DNA from: Paramoeba atlantica
Taxonomy: Eukaryota > Protista > Discosea
NCBI GenBank assembly: GCA_977017575.1
Contig: CDRNVI010000001.1
Coordinates: forward strand, 1 to 64,000
Reading direction: 5' to 3'
DNA: 64,000 nucleotides
Shown: positions 1 through 10,159 of the stretch, one piece after another
Numbering within the stretch: position 1 is the first letter of the stretch
Layout: every line of letters starts with the position of its first letter
The notes under the pieces: generated by a model
Seen by the model: only the letters and a program-made list of their open reading frames with translations
Database searches by the model: none
What the model was told of the DNA's origin: nothing
Position numbers and translations under genes: made by a program

Positions 1-139
1 GTATTGTGCCTTTTGACTCCGAAGAGTTATGGCCCCTCAACTCCCCAAACGGGCAGTCCGAATACGTCTTGCGACGTATCCGGAGAGCCAGCCATAGCAA
101 GCTACGGCTGACCTCCGCTTGGAGAGGAGTTAGGTTACA

Positions 140-932
140 GCTAGGGAGGTGGGGTGTGCTATACCCCTGCGCCTTAGGTAATGCAAATAAGGTGCCCCTT
201 GACCAAAAAAAACCACTCTATCTTTTGAGGGTGGGTAAAAAACACACACACACATTCCAAAAATTAGCCCGAATGGCACCCACCCTAGTTTCTTAGTACC
301 TTGTTATATTCGGTACCGGGCGGTGCCACCCATTCTGCATTGTCGGAATGGCATCTACCCTAACTATTTAGTGCCTCGGTTTGCTGGCACCGGGCAGTGT
401 CGTCCATATTGTTTTCATCGTGCTCACCCTAGCTATTTAGCGCCTTGTTATGCGACGCCGGGTGAGTTAGCTCGGGAGGCTGGGATCGCTAAGTCCCATC
501 ATCCGACATACAACGTAAGCCGGACGCTACATACCTAGGGTCTAGGTCAGGGCATTCGACTTTTGGTCGGATGATGGGGCGTAGCGACCCTAGCTTCCCT
601 AGCTAACTCACCCGGCGTCGCATAACAAGACGCTAAATAACTAGGGTGAGCACGATGAAAACAATATGGACGACACTACCCGGTGCCAGCAAAACAAGGC
701 ACTAAATAATTAGGGTAGATGCCATTCCGACAATGCAGAATGGGTGGCACCGCCCGGTACCGAATATAACAAGGTACTAAGAAACTAGGGTGGGTGCCAT
801 TCGGGCTAATTTTTGGAATGTGTGTGTGTGTTTTTTACCCACCCTCAAAAGATAGAGTGGTTTTTTTGGTCAAGGGGCGCCTTATTTGCATTACCTAAGG
901 CGCAGGGGTATAGCGCACCCCACCTCCCTAGC
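140..932. repeat. Long imperfect inverted repeat formed by two diverged, oppositely oriented SINE-1 copies
   Basis: 140-508 is the reverse complement of about 566-932 with scattered mismatches; spacer about 57 bp. Confidence 0.9.
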
Positions 933-1069
933 TTAGGCGCACGACTGACAACCCTTGCTGCGATGATCTGCTCTCGCGCGGGTTGAGCGCCGAGAGGCAC
1001 CTCAGCTCTAATCTGGGGAAACCATAGCCCTCGTTGGCCAAACGGTTTTAATAACAATAACAAAAATAA
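546..1069 (+). mobile_element. SINE-like element family 1 (composite of hairpin modules, (AAT/AAC)n tail)
   Basis: Near-identical to 47071-47597, which has a 13-bp TSD; A-rich simple-repeat tail 1050-1069; CTAGGGT at 535-541 and 1070-1076. Confidence 0.75.
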
Positions 1070-1557
1070 CTAGGGTAGGTGTCACTCGGAGGATTGCTTT
1101 GTTAACATCAGGGAGTGCGGGTCTGTACCACTGCGGTGGGCGGCCGGATGGGTACAGCGCTTGCAACCGAGGAAGTCGCGTCCTCGGGCGTCTCCCAGCG
1201 AGAAGAGTCACCTTGCTGCTGCGGAGTGGCGAAATGCCTACCGCGCGCAAGGTCCTGTCTAGGAAAGATTATTTCTTTCCTAGCAGTGGCACGACCCATC
1301 AGGCCAACCATAGGCCAAAATTGGATCAGGACAACCATAGGCCAAAATTGGCGGGTGTAACAGTTTTCGTGCCCCCCCCCCTGTATATAAATTTATTTAA
1401 TATATAAATTTATTTTATATATATATAGATTTTTTTTTTTTTTTTTTTTCACTTGAACGTTCGGCCTGTTCGCGAAGCTGTGAACGGGTCAGAACCATAA
1501 AAAACTTTTTACTATGGAAATAGTGGATTAACGTCCTAGATAATAAAATAAATATAT

Positions 1558-1678
1558 ATTTTCTTTTTTAGGCTCTTCGTTAAACGCGGTGGTTGCTTTC
1601 AACTTAGAAGTCACTCATGCTGCGCGCTTCGCGTTGAAAACTACCGCCGCGTTTAACGAAGAGCCTAAAAAAGAAAAT
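1558..1678. repeat. Foldback/MITE-like hairpin, 46-bp arms, 29-nt loop
   Basis: 1558-1603 vs 1633-1678 are inverted with 3 mismatches. Confidence 0.85.
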
Positions 1679-2828
1679 TTAGCCTGGAAAACGGAAAGAT
1701 TATAGCCAAAAATAGCCGAATTTCGGGTACAAATGGGGTCATTTTCGCATATTTTTGCTCTCAGAGCACTAAATCCGACATTTGCGCGTGGGAAATCACT
1801 CGCAGGCATGAATGAAAGCCTACCGAACGTATTGGGTAGAGAATACGACTCCAACCATACCATTCTTTCGACACAAAAATGCCCCTTTAGGTCCGAAAAA
1901 TACTTTTTCACCTTTTTTAGTCAAAAGTGGGTCATTTTGAGGGGCGCACCACAGTTCGAAGAAGTGATACCTTGCGAAAACAACTGCGTAGAAAGCTAGT
2001 GTAGGTCCCAAACTATCAAAATACAATAGGGGAAACGATTTTGGAAAAATATTTTTTTTGTCATTTTTTTCGCCAAGTTGAATTTTTTTTCGAAAAAATT
2101 TTTCCGAAAAAATCCGAACTTGGCGGACCCGTCCTGCGGATACGCGGGGGGGTCACCCCAGGGTAGGGGGGTGGAAAATGCGCGCCAAGACCCCGGCTAC
2201 CCTTTCTGCGGTTTTTTTTCGAAAACTAATTTTTTCGAAAAAATTTGATCGACCATGCCCCCCCCCCTGGACCCCCCCCCTGGACCCCCCATTTTTTCAA
2301 AAATTTTTTCAGTTTTGGACCACCGGAGCCCCCTTTTATATTTTTTTCTTCTATTATATTACTGTGTTCCTCTTTATATTTTCACTGTTTTTGTTCACTT
2401 TTTTTTCAATAATCGAGTGTAGAGCGGTAGTTTTACAACCACCGCAATATATAAGTAATATTCTGTTGTTGTTTGTGATATTATATACGCGCCGATTACT
2501 ATCACTCATTCCAATTTCAATAATTGGTTGTAAAAAGGCGCAAAAGTATACTGTTGAGAGAGTGGAACCTTGAACGTACACCGTTTGTACTCGAAAGAAC
2601 CCCGGTGAGTTGACCCCATCGATCCGTAATAGCACAGCTCCGACGCCTCCGAGTACTCTGCATAGAAGAAGCGATGAAAGGGCTTCAAAGTGGCTAACCT
2701 AAAAACTGCTTTGGCTATCTTCGTGCGCGAAGGGGAATTGAATGCGTTTTTGACGTCAATGGATACAATGTTTGAGCCAGCAAGATACAGATCATTTAGG
2801 GTGTGTACTACCCGTTCGCTCTAAAGTA

Positions 2829-4126
2829 ATGCCTCGGCTTGGAATCTCACATCCGAAAATCCCACAGAATTTATTGTGTCCCGGGTGTCGGAAAATACTG
2901 GACGGACGAAGCGCCCTGATACATACAGGGGCGGTTGTTGATCTTGCCCCCTCCTGGGAAATTTTAATTTTTTTTATCCGTTTTTGCTCATCTTTGCAGC
3001 ATTGAAGAGATCTCGTTCCCCTAGCGAAGAGCTTTGCCGCCTTTTTTATATAGAGACCCCCTGGTGCCCCCTGGGTCCAAAAAACACTGTTTTTTTGGAC
3101 GTGTTCTGTGTACACAACCATTTTTTCACGATAATTTCATGTTTTTGTGGTTTATTTGAATGTGTGTAAGCTTAAATAGTCTTCTAATTTCTTTATGCTC
3201 AAGCAATGTTTCTGTAGAAACATCAATAGCTATTTAATAGAGTTTTTCAAACCTCAACAACATGAATACAAGACCGACTAACCCTAAAAGTGGTGAATAT
3301 GTAGAAGGGTGGAAAGATAATAGGCAAAACTACCTCCCAATATCGCACAAAGGCACTATAGGAGTGTCTCTTTCAGAGCGTCTCGAAATAATAAAACAAT
3401 ACAAGAATGGTATAAATGCAATACAAGAATGGTGGGACAAATGGATAAAATTATAAAAAACAAAATTAAGCCTCACGATCACGCCACCCTTGCACAAGCC
3501 ATTAAAAAAGCTTTTTCCTTCCTAAAACGATCCCCTGAGAAACAAAAAGTGTTAAACTCCATTGATTCGGTTCCCAATAGGCTTCGAAAAGTACTGCAAA
3601 ACAATGGAGGACATTCTGGTTATTGATTCGTTGTAGTTTTCTTCTAGGATAAGCATTTTTAAATATACTTTTTTCGTTGGTGTTACTTTTTCTGAATATG
3701 ATTAAAAATCCAAAATTTCTGTTTTTTGCCAACTTTCGAGTCACCGACAGGGCACCTGGGGGTCTCTATGAAAAAAAGGCGGCAAAGCTCTTCGCTAGGG
3801 GAACGAGATGTCTTCAATGCTGCAAAGATGAGCAAAAACGGATTAAAAATTAAAATTTCCCGAAAAAAATTAAAATTTCCCAGGAGGGGGCAAGATCAAC
3901 AACCGCCCCTGTATAAAGATGAGCAAAAACGGATAAAAAAATTAAAATTTCCCAGGAGGGGGCAAGATCAACAACCGCCTCTGTATCCCAGGCTGTGGGC
4001 AATGCCCAGGCTTTAACGCTACATCGAAACATAACGCCCTCGTAAAGTATATCTATGATCTATGCATCAAAACGGGGATCCCCTGTGAAAGAGAGCCACG
4101 ACATTTCAGCACATGGACATGCCGGA
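2829..4126 (+). pseudogene. CRE-like zinc-knuckle/pre-REL fragment split by a Tc1 insertion
   Basis: Removing 2926-3985 gives MPRLGISHPKIPQNLLCPGCRKILDGRSALIHIPGCGQCPGFNATSKHNALVKY, colinear with ORF 56196-56681. Confidence 0.8.
2926..3983 (+). mobile_element. Internally deleted Tc1/mariner element with a partly duplicated right TIR
   Basis: TA-flanked CAGGGGCGGTTGTTGATC...; about 145-bp TIR; right ends at 3911 and 3983, each followed by TA; C-terminal remnant SVPNRLRKVLQNNGGHSGY (3429-3626). Confidence 0.85.
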
Positions 4127-4312
4127 ACAAAAGGCGGAGGTTTTCGCATCACATTTCGAAAAATTATACAATACGAAAAAACCAAAGTTCTGAAAGCTTG
4201 CGTAAGTAATTGATAAACGGGTGGGTATAATAAGATAATAGGGATACAACCGTATTTTCTATAAATTGTCTAGTATCCATTTTGTACTGTTCATATCCAA
4301 GATAAAAAGTTT

Positions 4313-5641
4313 ATGCCCCTCACACGTGCCCAAGCCGCGGCTCGCGAGGCAACAACTGCTTCGCACAATGACGCCGGAGAGCGGACACCGGAGCCTTTGC
4401 CTATTTATCCTGCTACGCGAAAGTCGACCCGCCAGAGGTCTCAATCGTTGCCGCGCTTGTCGAACCCGTTTACGCAAGCCCGGGAGAACTTTCCTGCAGT
4501 AGAGGGCGAGGCCCGTGTACAGGCAGCCAATTTAATGGTTGACGTGTTCGGGAGACTTTCGAAGCAGCTAGAAGGAGTACTCAAAAGCCAAGAAGAACAA
4601 CAAAAGCGATGGGAGCGTCGTGAAGTTGAGGCACGCGAGAGGATGGAGGCACTAATTGAGGGCTTGCGCTCTCCTGTTGTGGGGAACGCGGCGCGCGTAC
4701 CCGACCGTACGAATCCAACAAATATAAACAGTTTTCAAGCTGAGTCCCACGCGGCACGAGATCAACCAGCTCAGGATCCTACACAGCCCCGACAGGAACA
4801 TTTAACGAACCTGACCGAACAACAGGTAACAACAAAAATCGATGAAATCAAGAGTCTGGTCGAGCAATATGTCGTGGAGATTGTGGTGGTTTGGCGCTGG
4901 GAAACCGATGATTCCGATGCATCTTACACTTGGCGTGGGGTGGTCCATGAAAATGACTCGATGCAGTCCGGAGCTCTCACTGTAACCTTTGCACATGCTA
5001 CAGTGGATATCCCGATGCGTGACGTTGCGTATCGAAGTATAGAAATCGTAGACAAGATTCCAATCGACGTCCACACGGTATCCGGAGAGGGGGAAGGACC
5101 GGCAGTTGCATTGGAGAAAGGCGATGGTTTTGCTTTGCACGATGTCATAACGTGGGGCGCACTTCTGAAGCCGGGCAAAGAGTATGATATACTGGAGAAT
5201 CGCATTCGCCTTGGACTAAAGCTTCCGCTCGTATTGTCAGAAGAGCTGCAATGTATCTGGGAATTATTCCACGAGTGGGTAGTTACAACTCAAGAAAAAG
5301 GTGGTCTTGAAGTGGCTGGCGCCAATGATGCCCGAATGGGCCAAATGATATTGGGTCGAATACGGATCAAGCACGCCATCGCACAGGAGCAGATCCCAAG
5401 TATGTTGAATCACATTACGTAGCTCAGAAGGATCCGACAGACGTTCTCGGTCAGATCTTAACCACAAGCATCGTGGTTAACCACAATTACTTAACCACAA
5501 TTACAATCGTGGGCGAGGAGTGGGGAGTTACTCCCGGTATCGAGGGAATCGGAGTTTCGCCGCCTCGAATCGCCCGTACACTCCCGAGGCAACTCAACAG
5601 CGCCGGGATTTCGCCGGTCGGGGGTCTGGCGCAAAGAAGTG
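4313..5641 (+). pseudogene. Gag-like ORF1 of a VIPER/TATE-like YR retrotransposon (frameshifted near 5400)
   Basis: 369-aa ORF homologous by eye to 8773-9681 (TWRG.V, L.LP...S..LQ..W, QKDP motifs); lies upstream of a YR. Confidence 0.7.
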
Positions 5642-6770
5642 ACAAATGCAGGTCCGCCCCCGGACAAAACGCCAGTTATTTATAAAAAAGATAGTTTCAG
5701 AAAAAATCGAAAGATAGCAAGTATAAATAGAATTGTCAAGGAAAAATTGAATCAAATTGTAAAAACAAGCATTGGTCTCGAAGCGAACAATATCGCGCAC
5801 AAACAAGTGGCGACAGTAAGTTTAACCGAAGCAAAAAGTCAGAGGAATCAAGGCCGTTCCGCACAAAAACGCGTTTTGAAGTCCTCCGCTGCATCCCGCA
5901 GGACGGGCGGTTTCATGAACGACGTCCGTTACGTTATGGCCGAGATAGGCATAAAGAGCGCGGAAACTCAGAAGGAGCTAATCACATTATGGGCAAGAAC
6001 AACGTGGTCGACACGGGCCCGTTTGCTGCGTCAGATGCGTGCGGCGAACATGGAGTTAAACGACGACAACGTGGTGGCTTTCATTTTCGCGTTAAAAGTA
6101 ACACCACAAACCAAGCACACGTACATCAAACACATGATTTCGATACTAACACAGGCATTCACGCCCAAATGCTCGCCAAAACGCTAGTGAGGGCAGGCGC
6201 CATGATCCCGACGCACCAAGCATGCCCAATTACAAAGGACCAAATCCAATACCTTTTGCCGAAGATGACACCACTAATGGAAATCGTCATGTTAGTAGCG
6301 TACAAAACAGCATCAAGAGCTGGCGAAGTGGCAAAGATGCGGCGCCGGGACGTCATAATACTGCGACCAGATCGCATTATAATAGACTGGGGGCAACGTA
6401 CCAAGGCAACGCGATCTCAACCCTACCGCCCGGACACGTTCACGGTAATAGAGGGGACCTACAACTGTATATCAACAGAATATTCCAATACCTTATAACC
6501 TTGGGCCCTGCCCAGCGCTTCAGTACGGTGACGACAGAGTAAATTTCCCAATTCCTCAGGACGCATCTTGTCCCAGGTTACAGCTCCCACAGCTTAAAGC
6601 ATGGGGCGATCCGCCATCTAATGACCCGAGTGGCGGAGAATACGCTCACAATCGAGGAGGTACAACGTATGGCGCAGCACAAGCAATTGAGCACACTTCT
6701 CCGATATTCTGGCCGCAACGAGACAACTGCAATGGCGTTGGGTACCCAGAGGGCAACGCGAACTTTGTAG
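5639..6770 (+). pseudogene. Tyrosine recombinase (VIPER/TATE type), two frameshifts and one in-frame TAA
   Basis: KTASRAGEV, SHSLKHGA, AQHKQ, LLRY motifs across frames; colinear with the intact YR at 7520-8554. Confidence 0.85.
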
Positions 6771-6853
6771 GATCAAACACAAAGTCACGCGATTCCCCGA
6801 ATCATCCAGGAATAACATCTCCATACATCGGAAAGCCCCAAGACGGAGAAAGA

Positions 6854-7206
6854 ATGGCATGCGTGTACGAAAACGGCCTGAATGACGCGGCTTGGAGCCC
6901 AAAGAGGGTATGGTCGCGTATACACTGGAAAACTGAACGTCCGACCCAGGAAATGATGCAAACATTGCCGATACATGCACGTCGGGTAAAGCCGCTACGA
7001 CTGCACCGAATTAGAGATTTGATGTTGCCACACGTACGTACACGCTTTGATCAGATATGGGGGAAGATAACGAATCCAACAGGATTACTACCCCAACTAA
7101 AACCCTCCCCTGTCACAACAAAGGATTTGACGCACTCAGATATCAAATCTTTAATGCAGGCTGACATAATCGAGCGCGTGGAACATACGTACAGCAACCC
7201 CACAAG
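6854..7206 (+). pseudogene. N-terminal fragment of YR-element Pol (pre-RT), truncated
   Basis: QTLPIHARRVKPL...RTRFDQIW matches LPLHVKK...TRFRKV in 44511-45107 and IPLHIKK...ERFDETW in 37673-40438. Confidence 0.7.
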
Positions 7207-8438
7207 ATGCATACGTCTTTCTTGCTCAGACATGTGGGAGCTACGAGAGGTATAGTGGTGATTGGTGCATCGTTCGTTGGGTTAATAAGTAGTTCCCACA
7301 CTTGTGTGAAGCGTTCTCGCGTAGGCGCATTCATCAAAGAAGTTAAACGTTCCAGGTACAGCGGCGGTACATGTTTCGCGTGGATAGGTAGCGTCTGCAT
7401 CTGCTCCGCCGTAGGGCGGCATGTTCGGCGAAACATTCTGGTTATCGTACGTCGAATACCGTACTGCATTTTCTCCGTGATTCCGATCCACCCACCTTGG
7501 TATTCGAGCGTCTTAGATTTCATAGGAGTTTGGTCAGCTTCTGACTTCCTAGTGCCAGTGCAGTAGTCTCGTTCATACCTGCATAGCGCATAAGGGTTGA
7601 CAATTGTTTGTGTTTGGCCAGCTGCATGACTTGCGGTATAGTTATGGAGCCTTTGGCGACTTGCCACATCAGGCATTGGACTGATCCATGCTTGAAGGAG
7701 TGGGAACTGTAATTGCTCCCCAGTCCTTTCTTGAGCGTCCGAGTGAGGTCTTGTGTTGTACAGTTACTGATCCGCTGATGCGGGCTTAACCTCTTCAAGT
7801 AGTTGTAGATACGCCTGGTGGTTTCTCCCTCGATTACCACTAGATTGTCGGGGCGGAATGGTTGTGCCTTGGAGGTTTTCGATTTCGTACCCCAGTTGAT
7901 GGTAATACGTGACGGGCGGAGCACTATAGCATCCTTCCTGCGTAGCTTGGCGATTTCCCCAGCCCGGGAAGCTATTTTGAAAGCAAGGAGTGCAACCACT
8001 GCTCTGTCTTCCGGCATGCTCATAAGCGTTTTCTGCAAATCCTTCTTGGTTACTGGGGCCGCCTGGTGCTGTGGGATAGATGCCCCCTTGCGGATCAACA
8101 CTTTCGTGTACATTTGGGATTGCCGCGTACAGAGTTCCAGTCGCTTCAAAATTGCTATAAGGTGTTTTAGGTACGTGAGCTTGGTCTGTGTAGATATCGG
8201 GCGTCCCATAATAAATCGTATGACCCCCGTATCCGTAATGGGTATTCCCAAACTCCGCATATAGCATAGCAGACGGCACCTGGTAGTCCATGTTGTCTCC
8301 GCACACATAGGCTTCAACGTCTCCATTACCGAAGGAGATGTCATGTTGAGGAAATTGGACATAACGTAAGGGGGTCTGTTCCTGGTATGTTGTGTCTCGG
8401 TGGCTGGGTAATATTCGATATTTTGATGTGGGATCCAT
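7207..8438 (-). pseudogene. Pol frame overprinted on the YR, one TAA at 7764, truncated at about 7210
   Basis: ORFs 7764-8438 and 7143-7676 are in the same frame with a single stop between them; contains QTLPIHAKHVPPL. Confidence 0.65.
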
Positions 8439-8554
8439 TGGTCTGACGATGAGCCTTGGTGATGATACGTCGGGTAGTGGATCTGTGGGTATCGATATTG
8501 CTGATTCGAACTTTGCACGTGTGGGACGGTAGTTTTTCCGTTTGTGTCTTGCAA
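7520..8554 (-). CDS. Tyrosine recombinase of a VIPER/TATE-like retrotransposon
   Basis: Intact 344-aa ORF with IASRAGEI (R), KSK (K), SHSFKHG, AKHKQ (H), LMRY (Y). Confidence 0.88.
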   Translation of the reverse strand: MQDTNGKTTVPHVQSSNQQYRYPQIHYPTYHHQGSSSDQWIPHQNIEYYPATETQHTRNRPPYVMSNFLNMTSPSVMETLKPMCAETTWTTRCRLLCYMRSLGIPITDTGVIRFIMGRPISTQTKLTYLKHLIAILKRLELCTRQSQMYTKVLIRKGASIPQHQAAPVTKKDLQKTLMSMPEDRAVVALLAFKIASRAGEIAKLRRKDAIVLRPSRITINWGTKSKTSKAQPFRPDNLVVIEGETTRRIYNYLKRLSPHQRISNCTTQDLTRTLKKGLGSNYSSHSFKHGSVQCLMWQVAKGSITIPQVMQLAKHKQLSTLMRYAGMNETTALALGSQKLTKLL

Positions 8555-8772
8555 ACGGGTCGGATAGAGGTGCTGGTCTGTAATACTGGCTGATAAATGT
8601 TTTTCCGTTTTGTACTTGCTTTGTTTATTGCAATTTGACTTTGTATTTTAATTTTCGTTTTCGTGTTCTGCTTCATATTGATATTTTTGTATTTTAGATT
8701 CTGTATTTGATCTTTTAACTTCCTTTTTATTGGTGTGTACTTGCTTTTCCTCGGGGGGAGGACTCTTGAGAG

Positions 8773-9681
8773 TCAGTGCTGTGGACCGATCCCCCGTCCA
8801 CGAAAATCCGGAGCGCGTGGTGCGATGGTCGCTTGACGCGTAATGCCATGTTCTAGTATGCCAGTCCGATTTATGGGGGTCCGATTTGCATATACTCGCC
8901 CTCGTATCGGCATGCGAGGCGTATAGCGGGTCCGCTGGGGTCCACGGCTCGTATACGTGGTTGCTTGATTGTAGGTTACGCTTTGCTCAATTACATTACC
9001 AAGTCGGTCCTGTGGGTCTTTCTGGGTAACGTATTGTGAGCGTATATATCAAGCATCTGCTCCTCGATATATTCCTTGCAGAATGCGTATCTGGTCAACT
9101 GTGCTTTGGCCGACGTTTTTGTGATTGACGGCGTCGCTGTTCACGCCCCCTCTTTCTGCGCTATCGTCTATCCAAGCACACAAGATATCCCAAAGGGCTT
9201 GTAGCTGTGGCGACATTCGAGAAGGGAGATCCAGCGCCGTTCGCAACCGCTGTTTCAATATTTCAATCCCTAGTGGCCCCTGGGTAATGTATGTGTTCTA
9301 TGTTGTAACGTCCCGGGGGTTGAAACTGTCGTTCGTCTCTTCTGATGGTGCAGTTTCATCGTCCGATTCGGGCAATTTGCCTGGCATCTTTGGCTCACTT
9401 GCTGATATCACGATGCGCGTATAACACACGTTGCTATTAGGCAGAGGATAGTTACCCCATGGGTAGGGAACAATGATAGGATTTTCCTCGTCTCCATTGT
9501 CCTCTACCGTACCTCGCCATGTTGTCGCTGTCTCTTTCCTACCTCCAACGGGGAACCAGGTTACTTCGACTTCTATGTCATTCTGTTGCATGGTCGCCAT
9601 AACCTCATTGACTTGACTCTCTACTTCCTCTGGGAGCATAACCCTTTGTGCGGCGTATTGCTTGTTGAGCTCTTCTGGCAC
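8773..9681 (-). pseudogene. Gag-like ORF1 with in-frame TAG and TGA (also present in each tandem unit)
   Basis: ORFs 9298-9681 and 9049-9258 share a frame; the TAG falls at a conserved Trp of the 4313 homolog. Confidence 0.7.
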
Positions 9682-9751
9682 ACTGCATCTCTTTTTGGAT
9701 CCGTAATGTCTCTTTTCACTTTTATTCGTGCGAAATACAAATAAGAAAAGT

Positions 9752-9788
9752 CAACAAGGTACAGAAACTGTATCTTTATCGTTAAAGT
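9752..9788 (-). other. Spliced-leader exon copy (also in tandem units 2-4, about 14845, 19938, 25030)
   Basis: ACTTTAACGATAAAGATACAGTTTCTGTACCTTGTTG; euglenozoan ACAGTTTCTGTAC core and TTG end; not followed by GT. Confidence 0.8.
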
Positions 9789-10159
9789 CAACTTTTATTC
9801 GTGCGAAATACAAATAAGAAAAGTCTGTCTAATTTTGCAAATAATATCATACCGTAGTTCACGAATAAATCCTTCATGTTTAATTCCTGACACTAGTACA
9901 AAGGCCCAATTACATTTTCAAGAGTTTTATTAAGGCAGGGTAGTGGATTAACTTGTTAATCCACGCTGGGGAGTAGCGAACCCCTCCTACCCTGGAGCTA
10001 ATAATTATTGGTTTCCTTTCATAGGAGGATAAGTCGGGTGTGTGCCCTCTATGGTTGAGATTACTCCTGTGTTGGCACAGATGCTTCGAGCATCAGCATC
10101 CGCACAGCGGACCTAGGCTGGAACTAGGGGGCCATATCTCTTCGGAGACAAACGGCCTT

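Noticed and set aside
1-60. Mariner WPPxSP remnant (PFDSEELWPLNSP; PFVSEEIWPPSS near 10110-10165)
   Set aside because: Only about 12 residues, with no other DDE motif or TIR; too weak to call
457-500. 7SL/Alu-like sequence (GCCGGG...CTCGGGAGGCTGGGATCGCT)
   Set aside because: The match is short, holds in only one variant, and lacks the UGU motif and S domain
1170-1245. HDV-like ribozyme (TCCTCGGG loop, GGCGAA); similar partial matches at 37300-37340 and 50255-50300
   Set aside because: No valid P1 with a G start and no P1.1 GG could be built
7520-8554. Bacterial integron or phage integrase
   Set aside because: Flanked by Gag-like and RT-RNase H frames and SL signals; DIRS-like retroelement context
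9752-9788. SL RNA genes
   Set aside because: No copy is followed by a GT intron or Sm site, and they are not in an SL-gene array
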